A stretch of 64,000 nt of DNA from Octopus sinensis (GCF_006345805.1 NC_043015.1:53382001-53446000); one strand, 5' to 3'; numbered from the stretch's first letter, positions 36,780-51,834 are shown. Notes: generated by a model not told the origin, from the letters alone. Made by a program: numbers and translations.

Positions 36780-37197
36780 GATATGGGAAATAAGTCAACA
36801 TGTCATGACCAAAAATCGTAGGATTGTGAAGGAATTGAAAGTGAGCACAAACATGGACTTCAAAGCAAAAAAATGTCGACCTCTGCTCATATGCCCATAA
36901 TACAGTGAGAATTAAATTGGAGAAACAGGGACAAACGAGTCGTGAATTGAGGGTAGAAGTCACAGCCAGCAGAAATCTGAGAAATCCCTAAATAAGAAAG
37001 TGTTCGAGCAATTGACACTTTTGCGCGAAGTATGCCATTTGGAGCATATTTTGAAAAGAACATGACTTTTACGCAAAGAGAATGATCGTACAGAGACCGA
37101 AGTTTAAGCCCACCAAATTTCAAGAAATTTGCTGGAACTTTGTAGAATTTAATGAAATTTTTATGGGTTCTGTCTTTTTTGGGTGGGGTCACTCTGT
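36780..37197 (-). mobile_element. Possible Tc1/mariner-type end fragment
   Basis: Terminus tacagagtgacccc typical of TA-CAG(G/A)GTG TIRs; no partner end found. Confidence 0.3.
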
Positions 37198-37211
37198 ATA
37201 CACACACCACA

Positions 37212-37247
<36 letters not shown>

Positions 37248-37255
37248 TTATTTAT

Positions 37256-37512
37256 TTATAATTATGAGTATAATTATAATTAGGGTTCAGCAAAAAATTT
37301 GCTTCACCACATACCGGAATTTAGAAATACAAGCCAAAACTAGCTATTTCTAAATTCCGGTATATGGTGAAGAAAATATTTTGGTGAACCTTAATTATAA
37401 TTATACTCATAATTATAAAAAAATTTGTTTAAGTTTACCGATAATGGTTCTTTTAACATACCGAAGTACTTGGTAAAATTATTAATTATTAATTAATTAA
37501 TTTTATTATTGA
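37256..37512. repeat. Inverted pair of family F tails (74-bp arms, about 5 mismatches, 15-nt spacer)
   Basis: 37256-37329 vs 37345-37418; the right copy continues to (TA)n. Confidence 0.85.
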
Positions 37513-38360
37513 TATATATATATAATATAATAATAATAATAATAATAATATATATATTATATATATATATATATATATATTATAATATTATAATACATAT
37601 AATACATATATATATATATATATATATATAATACATATAATATATATATATATATATGTGTGTGGTGTGTGTGTGTGTTGTGTGTGTGTGTTGTGTGTAT
37701 GTATGTATATATCACAAATGATAGAGACGGATAATAAGAGGTACGAGAAAATGTATTTCTCACGATAATCGTTTCGACCCATCCTGCATATATCTGTCGC
37801 AGGTGGGTTACTGTTCAACTGGTTGTAGTGCATCCCTCGATGCCGAAGTGTCCCATCAGGCTATTTTACGAGGGGTATATCGTTAAATAAACCCTGTTTT
37901 GCTCGGTTTAATACAGTCTGTTATTAGTGACCATATATTTAAGCTGTTGGTCAAGATCGCCCTATATTTCATTTTCCATCGCTATCATTTGCTATGTGCC
38001 CAACAGACAGTGAAGAATTTTTGAGTTAGATCCAGTGAAATTGAGTAAATATCGTGGATGAAATCAGAAAACAATAGGCTGTGAACGTACTTCGTACGTT
38101 AACTACTAGGTACACATATAAATACTTATACCTACAGTGACGGACATAATTCCTCCATGTGATCGGCTTGAAAAAAATGAGATATAAAGATATATTCATA
38201 GAATGAAACTAATGGTAACCTTAATACAATACACAAATAAAGAAACTTTATCCACCAATGCAGCATTGAGTTCTTATTTTCATTGTTCGACATTTATGTA
38301 TATGTGTGTATGTGTGTGTATGTGTTGTGTGTGGTGTATTGATATATATATAATAGACGG

Positions 38361-38419
<59 letters not shown>

Positions 38420-38520
38420 GTATTGGGTGTGTGTGTATATATATATGTATATACATATAACATATATATATATATAATTATATCATATAAGTATATATAT
38501 GTATATATACATACATATAT

Positions 38521-38746
38521 AAGTTTAGATGGGCTGGACACGTCGGCCGGCTCACCGATAATCGGTGGACCCATGCAGTTGTCAAGTCGTACCCGCGCGA
38601 GCGGAAACGAACACTCGGAAGGCTTCCACGACGGTGGCGCAACGTGGAAGAGAAAGACGCGATCCAGAGAGGAGTGGACAGCGTGCTGTGACCAGCGGTG
38701 TCAAATGGACGCCCGACGGACTGGTCGGTGAAGGTGATCAGGGTGA
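38521..38746 (+). mobile_element. RTE-clade LINE 3' fragment
   Basis: KFRWAGHVGRLTDNRWTHAVV..YPRERKR..GRLPRRW; (TA)n both sides. Confidence 0.8.
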
Positions 38747-38851
38747 TATACATATATGTATATATGTTATGTATATATGTATGTATACATATGTCTCTCT
38801 CTCTCTCTCTCTATATATTATATATATATATATATGTACATATGCTATATG

Positions 38852-38907
<56 letters not shown>

Positions 38908-39753
38908 TATATATTACATATGATATATATATATATACATAATATATATATATACATACATATATATATATATATAATATTATATATCATATATATATAT
39001 TATATTTACATACATATATATATAGATATAAATATATCTGTGCAAATATGCATATACACATGCACATAAGCACAGACCCCCACACGTGCACATGCACACG
39101 TAATTATAGCCCCTTGCAGCAGACTTGCCCATCCCGATGCACACAGACCCATATATGCCAGCACAGTTATAAACTCAATCGCCCTCCACTCTTTGTTAGG
39201 AATCCTATTGCGAATATTCACTCGTGTGTTTTCATAGAAAATATTACAGCGAAACATTTTACAGCATGTAGGAGGTCTATAAAAACATCACTAATGACTT
39301 CTGCAGATAAGCAATATCATTTTGCCTCTATTGACATCAGCAGCACCAGCGCCACCAACATGCTAGTTGCTGTAGCTATGGTGCTCATCATCATCATCAT
39401 CATCATCATAAACAACAGTTTTGTTAGCCTTATAATTATTCACATCATCGAGATCGCCAAAATCCTTATCGTACACTCCGTGGGGTACCCCAGTAATCCA
39501 CCCGGCCTGCATATTCGCCGGCGCTTCTCGGAAGGAAACTATGCAGGTGTGTATGTATGTATGTATGTATGTATGTATGTATGTATGTAGTATGTATGTA
39601 TGTATGTATATATGTATCTATACAAACATATGTATGTGCGTACCATCTTTGTATAAGTGTAAACATATAAATATATGTTTGTATACATCGCATACACCAC
39701 ACACATAAGCACGCATATATATATATGTATATGTATGTATATGTATATATACA

Positions 39754-39791
<38 letters not shown>

Positions 39792-39990
39792 TATATATAT
39801 ATTTCATTTGGTATATGAATATATGTATATATATACATATATATACACACACACACATATATATATATATATTATACATATATTCAAAGATACATATATA
39901 TATATACACCACACACCACACATATATAATATATATATATTATATATATATATATATATACATATATTCAAAGATACAATATATATATAT

Positions 39991-40041
<51 letters not shown>

Positions 40042-40383
40042 CATATATTCAAAGATACATATATTTATATTTATTTGTCGATATCTTACTATCCATCTAT
40101 CTATCTATATACATACATATATACAAACGTACACACACACACACACAGACACACATATATGTCCATTTATATAAATGTACGTTTGTGTACATACGTGAGT
40201 ATGTATGTGTGCTTGAGTGTGTGTGTGCGCGTATTTATCAGACACGCGTCCTGTATAAATACACATTAGCGGCGGAATATAAATACAGTGTACCAGAAAC
40301 AAAAGCTCTTATCTCTCAAAATAAGACAATATGTCAAAATATTTTGAAAAGGGAAATTATATACGAGCAAATACATACGTTAG

Positions 40384-40453
<70 letters not shown>

Positions 40454-40584
40454 CATATATATACATACATACTTATAAATATATACGTTCCAACGTACAT
40501 ATATAAACATATATGCACAAGTATATGTGGATGCACACACACACGTATATGCATATATTTATATATATATATATATATATAGTC

Positions 40585-40617
<33 letters not shown>

Positions 40618-40814
40618 AATATAATATATATCTATATATATTGTGTGCGTGCGTGTGTTTATGTGTCAGTATCTCTGTATGTATCTGTATGTCTGCATGG
40701 GCTAACCTTCATAACGACCGAAATCCCTGTATCTTCCAGTCTTTATCACACTAGATCAACTATATATAAATACATACATGGATACACACATACATACATA
40801 CATACATACATACA

Positions 40815-40873
<59 letters not shown>

Positions 40874-41039
40874 TATATATATATATATATTGTCTGATCA
40901 GTAAGAATCCATACTATTGCGATAGTAATGAAACTAAAACACGCAGGTGAGCCCGTTTGCCAAAAATTAGCCCAGTACTCTGCTGTGCATGCGTACTAAG
41001 ATTTAATTTTCTAACTTACTTTCGATGTTTACAGCAGTA

Positions 41040-41450
41040 CTTTGAAGAAAAGTTTGCAACGTTTTATCTGTAATTGTTAAGTGGGATACCGCGAAGTTGC
41101 AGAAAGTGTATGGACAGGATTGCCTGAGCTGCATACAGGTGTTTGAGTGGTACAGACGTTTCAAAAATGGCCAGGAAAATGTCGATATTAACGAAGATTC
41201 TAGGAGAACCGCAATCAGCAGAACTGAGAAAAACCTCACAGATGTGTGCGCAGCAGTGAGGGGAAAATCGTGGAATCACCATCTATGAGTTATGAGAGGA
41301 TGTGCAGATTAGTTACGGTTCAGTTCAGTCCATTATCAATAAAAATTTGGGCAAAGGACGCATGTATGCCACGTTTGTGCCCAAACTGCTTTCAGTTGCA
41401 CAACAGCAGCTTGATCGTGTCCAGAATGTTGAAAACATTTTGAAAACATC
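41040..41450 (+). pseudogene. Mariner transposase N-terminal (HTH) fragment
   Basis: LQKVYGQDCLSCIQVFEWYRRFKNG..ED; ISYGSVQSII..LG...FVPKLL. Confidence 0.75.
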
Positions 41451-41756
41451 ACCTCGGCCTCTGAGAAGGGGGTCACTAATTGTTCCGCAAAATTTGATGC
41501 AGATTCCCTCCTCAGCATTCTCTGTCGTTTTCTATGCGATAATCACACGCTACACACCTTCCTCCCAAACACTGCTGTAAACAGCGGAAGTGAATTAGAA
41601 CGTTAAAACCTAGTGCGGATGCCCGCCAGTGTTCAAGGTCGTGCTTTCCCAAGTGGTTTTACCCAGCTTGCTTTAGCTTCGTTACTATGGCAACTTCTTG
41701 ATCATATTGATCAGACCACGTGTGTGTGTGTGTATATGTATATATATATATATATT

Positions 41757-41859
<103 letters not shown>

Positions 41860-42154
41860 TATAAACATATGCGTGTGTGTGTGTGTGTAGCTGCAACCGT
41901 TAATGATGTTATTAGAGACCGCCTATTACCTGTGATACTTTTGGCTGTAATATTTACAATGAAAACACAGCCATCGTCACAATCGTACCGCGTTTCGAGG
42001 AGGAGGCGGAGGAAGAAGAGGGCGTGGGATGTGAGTTGCTTAACAATTGGGTGAGTTTATATCGTTCTGGGCATACAGACAAAGAATGCATTTCTCTCTC
42101 TCACTGGATGACTCCCTGTCTCGATGTACGTATGTATATGTATGTGTGTGTGTA

Positions 42155-42290
42155 TACATATAGATGGTTGTGTACATATACATTTATACATGCACATATA
42201 ATGTAAATGTATACACACATATATATATATGTATAACATTTACATTATATGTGCATGTATAAATGATATGTATACAACCATCTATATGTA
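42155..42290. repeat. About 60-bp near-perfect inverted repeat centred on a (CA/TA)n spacer
   Basis: tacatatagatggttg...aatgtaaatgtataca vs tgtataacatttacatt...caaccatctatatgta. Confidence 0.9.
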
Positions 42291-42297
42291 ATATATA

Positions 42298-42334
<37 letters not shown>

Positions 42335-42608
42335 AATCGAGAGAGAGAGAGAATGAGAGATAGATAATATACCTATATATTTATATATTTATATAAATAG
42401 ATTGAGATATGCATATATATGTGTATGTGTGTATGTGCGTGTACCTATGTAGATATGTGATTGCACGTCTTGCTGTGTGTGTGTATCGTATGTGTATTGT
42501 TATAAATATATACCACTCTTTTATGTAACTATTTATCTGTCTATATATAACTATATATATATATATAATATATATATGTCTATCTCTATCTATCCATGTG
42601 TCTATCCA

Positions 42609-42657
<49 letters not shown>

Positions 42658-43202
42658 ATATCTATCTATCTATTTATCTATCTATCTATCTACCTATCTA
42701 TATATATATAGATCTATCTACTCAATCCCTCCCATCTCTCTTTCACTCTCTCCTCTCTCCCCTCTCCCCTCTCCCCTCACAAACATGCATATATCTCCAT
42801 CATTAGATAAATACAAATGCATAATTATGTGTGTTCCCTTTGTATGTGCACGTGAAAGCTGTATCTTTGCTCCTATGTGTTATCAGAAATAAACACATAT
42901 ATGCATATATATATATATAATATATATATTATATATATATATATAATATATATACACCCCCATAAAATCACACGTAGACCCGAATTAATGTACCTATAAA
43001 TGTATATATGTAATTGTATGTGTATGCATGTGTGTGAACGTGTGTTTACGTGTAAATATGTATATATAATATATATATATATACAGGCACAAACAGGCAC
43101 ACACACTGACACACACACTTATGTATATACATACGTAGATTTATGTGGGAGATGCATATATACATATGGACATATATCTGTACGTATACATATACGCACT
43201 CA

Positions 43203-43253
<51 letters not shown>

Positions 43254-43362
43254 ATGCATGTATATACAAACGTACATATTAATGCATATAAATAATCTCA
43301 TATACATATATGTTATATGTAATCACACATATCTACATATATTTACATACGTACACGCACAG

Positions 43363-43432
<70 letters not shown>

Positions 43433-43872
43433 ACATGTATACAGAAAGCTCACACACACACGCTCACACACACACGCTCACAACACACGCTCACACACAC
43501 ACGCTCACCACACCGCGCTCACACACACTACACACGTAATGCAGCTATTATCTCGCCAACTATTTTCAGCTCATCTCTCGAAACGCGACGTTTTACCTGC
43601 CCAGCTTGGCTCCACTAAAATGCATCATTTAAAAGATAAGCGATTTGTGGAGATCAGTTTCACTTTCGAGTATCTTTACGCAGCACTCAAATATAAATAG
43701 ACACCTTTCGAACATACAATCCTCCCCCTGCTCCTCTCTCTCTTCCACTCCCTCTCTCCCTTTCTCTATACCTACATATATGTGTGTGTGTGTGCGCGCG
43801 CGTAGATATGAAGATGTGTGCATATATATATATATATAATTATATGCAATTCTCTCTATATATGTATGTTTG

Positions 43873-43935
<63 letters not shown>

Positions 43936-44018
43936 TATATATAATATATATAAGTACAACGAAGTGTATTCTATACGGAGAATATCTGTCCCTTATCTAT
44001 AAACTGTATATATATGTG

Positions 44019-44049
<31 letters not shown>

Positions 44050-44050
44050 T

Positions 44051-44322
44051 CACGTGATCACGTGACTCACGTGACTGACCAGACCATCAGATGTTGCTAC
44101 ACATCGCTGGCCACAATGCGTTCGCATTGTTTTAGCCTCGAACGACGCCACAGAAAGAGTGGTGAAAGAGTACACCTGGGATCACCACCCCCTGCCGGAG
44201 CATCGTGGAGCTTTTAGGTGTTTTCGCTCATTAAACACACACAACGCCCGGTCTCGGAATCGAAACCGCGATCCTCCGACCGCGAGTCAGCTGCCCTAAC
44301 CACTGGACCATTGTGCCTCCAC
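44051..44322 (-). mobile_element. tRNA-derived SINE family 2
   Basis: Revcomp gtggaggcacaatggtccagtggttagggcag..ggtttcgattccg; tail (cacgtga)n at (TA)n. Confidence 0.8.
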
Positions 44323-45327
44323 ATATATATACATACGCTTACACACTCATATATATATGTTTATATATATATATATATACGTATATATATATATATATAT
44401 ATATATACGTATATATATATATACACACACATATATATATATATATATGTAGTATAGGACAATCAGTAAGTTGTAGTCATGATTGTCCTATATTATACAC
44501 ATAAAATTCCTCTATTTACCTAATATCGAGGCCTCATTCTCTTTTCGTCATTTTATTATTACTATTAATATACATATGCATATATGTATATATATTAGAT
44601 AATAATACGAAAGGCGTATACCTGGTCTTATACTGGTCACTTTCACATTGCTCGTTATGTTCATACATGTATGTATGTATATACAGAAGTTAAGTTTTTG
44701 TCTGAAAATGCTCCTATAAGATATTCCCTTTTGTTCGAATACAGCCGGTGTTTTGTCAAGATTATCTAATACAATGGGGCACGGTGTTTTTGAGGTCCTT
44801 CGTTTTGAATTTCACTTTCTCAGTGTAAGTCTTTAATACCCAGCAGGTATTGTGGTTTTACCATTCGTATAATGGTTTCACTATATCTTGTTATATTGGT
44901 GCAGAATTTTTTGTAGACTGTCTTGTATTTTGAGAGTATTTTAAGAAATATGAGATAGGTTCAGCCTCAATATTCAACTATTTATTCTGATATCTAAGTA
45001 ATTGTTAACATAGCTGGAGATGGTATGTGCAGCTCCAATTCTATTAAGAACCGGAAGTATGAAATATTTTATAAAAGACATGCGTGTATATTTGTTGGGA
45101 ATCAATTGCGGACTCGTCCTATTTCTGTATAAATGTTAGTATTTGTTCGAATAATCAAGCAATGATTTATAAACGAATGTAACTATACGTTCATAACCAA
45201 CCAAATATCGAGATGGGCATTGGTTATCGCGAGTCACATGTTGAATATTTATCTGATCCCATAATACATAACTTCATACACAGACATATACGCGAACACA
45301 CACAGCACACATGTATATATATAACAC

Positions 45328-45396
<69 letters not shown>

Positions 45397-45937
45397 GATT
45401 GGATATATATATTGGATTGGATATATATATATATTAATATATAATATATATATGTATATTAGGATTGGAGATAAACACTTTCCTCTCTAGTCAATCTCTC
45501 ATCAACTTCTTCAAGTATCACTTAAAAAGGAAAGTGAGAGTAGAGAGGCAAGTTTTGTCTAGCGAATGTTTCAAAAAAAGATGGGTGAATGTAGCAAGGA
45601 TGGGAATATGAATGACGAAGCCACCTTGAGCATAATCCTATGATCCCGGAAAATTTAAATCAGAGGATTACCTACTTGCAAACAAGTGTTAACAGGTGAC
45701 ATTATTGACCGAAGTTACCGTGTTCTTTTCCGTGGGCTTCTCTTTCCACGGATAAGTTCTATCTGCTTCCTCCTTTATACTTTACATCATAACATTTCTG
45801 TGATATACAATCCCTATTGATCGTTTTTTCCTTTTCCTTTTTTCTTTTCTTTCCTTTTTTCTTCTTTTCTCCCATAAAGAAAAGCTCTACTTTGTAATCT
45901 GTCCCGTCTCTGTGCAGCCCTGTGTGGCTAATAAAGA

Positions 45938-45994
<57 letters not shown>

Positions 45995-46425
45995 ATAAGA
46001 AGAGAAATGGGTTTAAGTGTCCCTACAGCTGTTTCACTGTTTTATTAATGAATAACGCATTACATTATGAAACAAAATTCGATTACGTTATGAAAGAAAA
46101 TATCGTTATTATCCCTCATTAACAATTTCAAATTTGGCACGGATAAAAATTACCAACGTGTGGAATGTGTTTTGACTGTTCCATTACGGCACCTGAAGGC
46201 CTCCAACATCCAGTCGTCAGAGTCGCAAGGATTTGTATCGCTTCGTATGCACACGTCTAAGTGTCTTTTATGTAAATTCTAGTCTCCTTGCATTTCGTTC
46301 AGGATGATGAAAACACTATTGGCATCGAAACGTTTAATTAACTGGTTCCATTGATATGAATTTTAACATGCGTATGTAATGACTATGTCTACGTGTGTGG
46401 ATATTTGCATATGTGGACATGAATG

Positions 46426-46475
<50 letters not shown>

Positions 46476-46582
46476 ATAGTGTGTGTGTGTGTGTGTGTAT
46501 ATATGCACACATATATATATAATAATAATAATATTAGGGAGTCTATCACTGTTTGTGTTGCATAACAGTGGATTTATCTCTA

Positions 46583-46666
<84 letters not shown>

Positions 46667-47254
46667 GTGTATGTATAATTGTTAAGCAGGACAGCAAACG
46701 TTATGGCAAGGCAAACATCTCAAGTCGTATACAGTATTATTCTTAGAAAAAAAATTCAAAACCTTACAGTTGTCTCTGGGATATCCCCGAGTATGGAATA
46801 TTCCGTTATTAGAGACAAATAGGGAACAAAATAAGGAAAAAGTGAATGGTATATATTAATGAGATGTCGACAAATAGGAAAGGAGTAAAAGAATAAGGAG
46901 TCGGAAAGAAAGAATATAAAAGAAGCATACAATTTCATAGTTCAACTTTCCGAAGTTATAGATACAAGAGCATGATTCCTTAGGTGAAATCGTGAGTGTG
47001 GTTTAAAAATCCATCTGGGTTAAAATACTGATAAGGTAGACATCTTAAAACAAAAAAAAAAAAAAAGACGCTAACATATTATCAACGTCCAGTTACAGAA
47101 TGCATCTAAGCACTTACGTTCATGGTTCTCAGCAGAATTCCACCTAAGGATTTTACTGGACTCTAAAGGCACTAGTGCTGTATGAACATTTATGTGGTTT
47201 TAGAGTCAAGTTTTGACTGCTATTTCCAGCGTGGAAATTAACGATCATAGCCTT

Positions 47255-47314
<60 letters not shown>

Positions 47315-48279
47315 CAGTAATAATGTTTTTAATGGTAAGGATGAATTGGTCTTCAGAAAAATATCAACACGCGGCTCTAAAACAGATAAACAAATAACGT
47401 AACTCTTCATGTACAAACTGTAATCGTTCCCGTTTTTTATTTGATTTTCATAAGCGCAGGGATGCCTAATTCCCGAAGATGCGATGATGGAATGGGTAAC
47501 AGAGATTTAACGGCTATAGTAGCTAATCCGGGGTATTGGCTCCAAAACGAAATCCAAAATTCTGACAATTCTATCACCGAAAAATGGGGCGTTGTGCACA
47601 GGATCATTTTTAAAGTCTATTTAATTTACTTTTTCTTTTAATGTAAATGGCAGGTATGTACTGTCGCACACAGGCTTAGATCCGTTCATCTAATGATTAC
47701 ATACGTCAATAGAAATATACGTACATACATACGTATACACACACACACACACATACGCACACCACACACACACACACAACACACACACACACACACACAC
47801 ACAACACAGCAACTCGCGTAGGCATACATATTCTCTTAGCAGAATTTCTTTCGTTTTGTTTACATCCGCATACACTCATTCTGAGATACAACACACACTT
47901 CAGCGAGGAAACCACAATAGCCCAATACATATATATATATATATATTTGTGTGTTTGTGCGAGTGCGAAAGATGATTGTGGGCGCATGTCTATATATAAT
48001 AAAAATAAGGAGAACATTAAGCAAGAGATTGTTAGTGTGTCAAATACAGAAATAAATAGTTACAAATATAGGAAAAGATTACAGTTCTGTGCTAACATTA
48101 CTTTCACAACATCAATACAGAGAAAAAAAAGAGACAGCTATAAATACAATGCATATATATATACCTATATATACACACACGTATATGTATATATATATAT
48201 ATGTGGTGTGTGTGTGTGTGTGTGTATGGTATATATATATATATGTATATATATATATGTATATATATATGTATATATA

Positions 48280-48323
<44 letters not shown>

Positions 48324-48459
48324 GTATGTGTGAGAGAGAGTGTGTGTATAGACACAGATATATATCTATACATACATAGATACCAGTGTTTATGTTTGTG
48401 TGTCTTTACAGCTACATTCTTAGATATAGAGCGACTGATAAAGACAGTGCTAGGCGGAG

Positions 48460-48496
<37 letters not shown>

Positions 48497-48984
48497 AGAG
48501 AGATAGAAGAAGAGAGGGAGAGAGAGGAGCAGAGAAAGGAGAAAGAGGTTAAAATGAAAGCGATGTTAATTAATAAACGCCGATCTATGAATGGCGGCGG
48601 CCTCACAGTGAAGCTGTAGAAGAGGAATGAGATGGAATATGGACGTATTAAGGCTTGTTGAGGACTTGTTAAGTTCCACCTGATTTAATAAGCAAATCTC
48701 GAAGGATATTAGGAGTTTTAATTATAACTACACAATTAGCCCTTTGATGTGTGTCTATGTTTGTGTGTGGTTTGTGGTTTGGTTTGTATGTGTTTGCGAT
48801 TGTCAACGGCGTGGGAGAGTGTGTCTATGTGCGTTTGGGGGCGTTGTATAGCGGGAGGGCGAGCGAAGGTTTATTTTGATGTCGCAGTCTCTGAGTTGCC
48901 TCGAGTCAGAATCCCAGAGTAAGCTGCGGAAGGAAAATAAGATCGGTTTCTCTCTTAATGCAATAATAATGCATCGATGTCGTC

Positions 48985-49260
48985 AACGACACCACCACAA
49001 TCGCCACCACCACCACCTCCACCACCTCCACCACCACCACCACCACCACCACCACCACCACCACCACCACCACCGACGTCGACGCCCCCATCATACCCCC
49101 CATCACCGCCGCTGCCGCTGCTGTCCCCGACCACCATCACCGTCACCAATACCACCACAACCACCGCCACCACTATTGTTAGCATCACAATTTCGAACTC
49201 CTTAATCTTTGCCCATTCTCCCTGATGTCATCGAGAACGCTACTCCTACTCCTACTACTA

Positions 49261-49296
<36 letters not shown>

Positions 49297-49535
49297 TTGT
49301 TGCTACTACTGCTGCTGCTGCTGCTGTTGCTACTTCTGTGACAACACCACTGTTCCATCATCTCCAGGATATTCCTCACCTTTACGACGATGCTGATGGT
49401 GTTGATGCTGATGGCGATGATGACCACGGCAGCGAGGGTGATGAGGAAGAGGATGAAGTTGAGAATGACGACGATGGCGATGATGATGCCGGCAATAATA
49501 GCAATAATAATAATAATAATAATAATAACAATAAT
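48985..49535. repeat. Compound trinucleotide array (CAC, CTA, CTG, GAT, AAT)
   Basis: Directly visible; source of the poly-Pro/Thr/Ala ORFs. Confidence 0.9.
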
Positions 49536-49544
49536 CTTTTCTAT

Positions 49545-49739
49545 TATAGGCACGCGGCCGGAAACTTTTGGGGAAGGGATTTAGTCGATTACATCGATTA
49601 CTGGTACTTATTCTATCGACCCGAAAAAATGAAAGGTGAAGTCGACACCACCGGCATTTGAACTCACAATGTGTTGACACACGAAATACCAATTATCATT
49701 TCGACCTGGGTGCTAACGATTCTGCCAGCTCGCCGCCTT
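49545..49739 (+). mobile_element. Interspersed repeat family 3
   Basis: tagtcgattacatcg...gctaacgattctgccagctcgccgcc then (AAC)n/(TAT)n. Confidence 0.75.
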
Positions 49740-50569
49740 AACAACAACAACAACAACGACAATAATTATTATTATTATGATGATGATGATTTCTATACTG
49801 ATCCATCATGTCTAGTTGATTCAAGGATTGTGAAGAAAGCTGATGAAAAAGTCGAAAAAGCACAATCCTCTTAAATTTGTTTCTGCGATGGTTAGGAATA
49901 TGAAATCTGCAAAGATTTCACCTGGGATAATTGGTTCATTTGAGCAAATACATTATGATACATTTCGCCGCTGAAGTGCAGGCCACAGAAGTGCGACGAA
50001 AAATGTTAGTTATTTTAATATACAAGAAATAATACAAGAAACGTCAATGTGAGAACTTTTCTATGTTCCGAAATGGTAAGAAGAACACTTCCAGGATAAA
50101 ACGGTTTCACTCTTTCGTGTTCATATTCTATTATTCCTTTTTTCTTTCATTCTATGTCATCATTGTCCATATCATCTAAAAGTGAAGAATTTCACATCTC
50201 CATTATTTCATCAATTCCTTCATAATATATTTTCCCATTCACATATTATTCTCTTATAATGATCTTCTTTTATCACACATCGTCTTATGTGTATCACATT
50301 ATATCTCAATATGATTTTATCAAACACATTGTCATATTTTCATATTCTTCATTTGCGAAACTCAAAATTCAAATTCTCGTAAATTTGGACATTCTGTCAT
50401 CATTTATGATTTTCTTCTAGTTTCCCATATAATCTAATTGTCTGATTTTCTCACGTTCTCTCCGTTTCTTTCTCTCGTTCTAAATCTCGTCTTATTCTAT
50501 GCACGTATCTTAATCCACATTGAGTCATCACTGTGAAATAATCGTAATCTGCTTTTCCTTCTCATTTTT

Positions 50570-50768
50570 CTTTTTATTTCATTTACTTCTTTCAGTCATT
50601 TGACTGCAGCCATGCTGGAGCACCGCCTTTAGTCGAAGGAAATTGATCCTGGCACTAATTCCTTTTACTTATTCTATCGGTTTCTTTTGACGAATCACTA
50701 GTTTAGGGGGACGTAAACACACCAGCAGCGGTCGTGAAGCGATAGCAGGGGGGGACATAGATACACAA
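50570..50768 (-). mobile_element. SINE family 1, 3' part
   Basis: tcagtcatttgactgcagccatgctggagcaccgcctttagtcga. Confidence 0.75.
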
Positions 50769-50869
50769 ATATATACATATATACATATGTTTATGTATAT
50801 GAATATGTGTGTGTGGTGTGTGTGTGTGTGTGTGTGTGTATAAATATATATACACATATATATTTATAG

Positions 50870-51050
50870 TAGAAATTTACGGAAATGCAAAACGCGAAAA
50901 CAGGTGTATGAACAACAAGCAAGTGTATTAGTTCGACGCTCGGAAGAAATGGAAAAGTTTTTTACCTTTAGAGCCTACACTCTTCAATAGAAATGAATAA
51001 GAGAAAATAGACAGAAGAGAATGTAAAAATAGACAGAAGGAGAATGTAAA
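50870..51050 (-). mobile_element. Family C PLE-like tail with decayed hammerhead (50960-50993)
   Basis: Minus strand CUAUUGA-A-GAGU-GUAG-GCUC-UAAAG-GUA; tail similar to 30040-30115. Confidence 0.5.
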
Positions 51051-51083
51051 AAAAAATTCACCGGTACAACATGGTGAACATAA

Positions 51084-51114
<31 letters not shown>

Positions 51115-51139
51115 ATATCATATACTATATATATATGTA

Positions 51140-51179
<40 letters not shown>

Positions 51180-51698
51180 TATATATACATATACATTATA
51201 TATATATATTATATATATTATATATATATATATAATATATACATATATATATTATAAGAGAACCGAGTTAGTAAATGTTTTTATTTTCATTTCACTAAAT
51301 TTATCTAGCTTCTGTGTTTCTAGCACATATTTCGCCTTAATGTACTGATTATGAATAATATATGGCTTGTGCTAGAAATACCAGCGATAATAATTATTTT
51401 ATTTTATCGCAATTTGACTTGTTATATATATATATATATATTATATATATATATGGTAAAAACGGTAGATAATAAAAGAAAGAGACCTCAATATTATGTA
51501 AATAGAGGAAATTTATCTATTGGTATCCAGAAAATCCAAGGTTGCAGGTAATGCCATGTAGTTAAACTCTCGTTTCGATAATAATACAAGTGAGGAGTCT
51601 AATGCGGGTCTTGTCTGAGCATGTATATGTTAAATAAAATGAGACAACAAAGCCAAGGCCGTGTGGAATTTTTAGGAGATTTATGAAGAGAAAATTAG

Positions 51699-51744
51699 TC
51701 TTACAGCTGTTTCTGGGATATTAAGGATATCCCTTCATCAGAGA
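51699..51744 (-). ncRNA. Minimal type-I hammerhead ribozyme (46 nt)
   Basis: UCU-CUGAUGA-A-GGGAUAU-CCUUA-AUAUCCC-A-GAAAC-AGCU-GUA|AGA; perfect 7-bp stem II, palindromic ACAGCUGU. Confidence 0.75.
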
Positions 51745-51834
51745 TATTCAGGATCCAACTCAAAGTGAAGCTCACAGCCACAAACGCTGTAGGACAACCG
51801 GTTGATACAGTTATGTGTGTGCGTGTACCTGTTT

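Noticed and set aside
37757-37822. Hammerhead-like hairpin + CGAAACGAU-U-AUCGU (minus)
   Set aside because: 5' core decayed (UUGAACA) and the triplet is GUG; counted only as a relic.
41590-41700. Faint 5S rRNA-like words (cgaagctaaagcaag) on the minus strand
   Set aside because: Too short and not colinear with 5S helices.
44700-45200. Possible decayed Penelope thumb-domain remnant (minus)
   Set aside because: No diagnostic motif recoverable by eye.
48977-49225. Poly-proline ORF resembling formin/extensin
   Set aside because: Pure (CAC)n microsatellite in a compound array; no splice or domain context.
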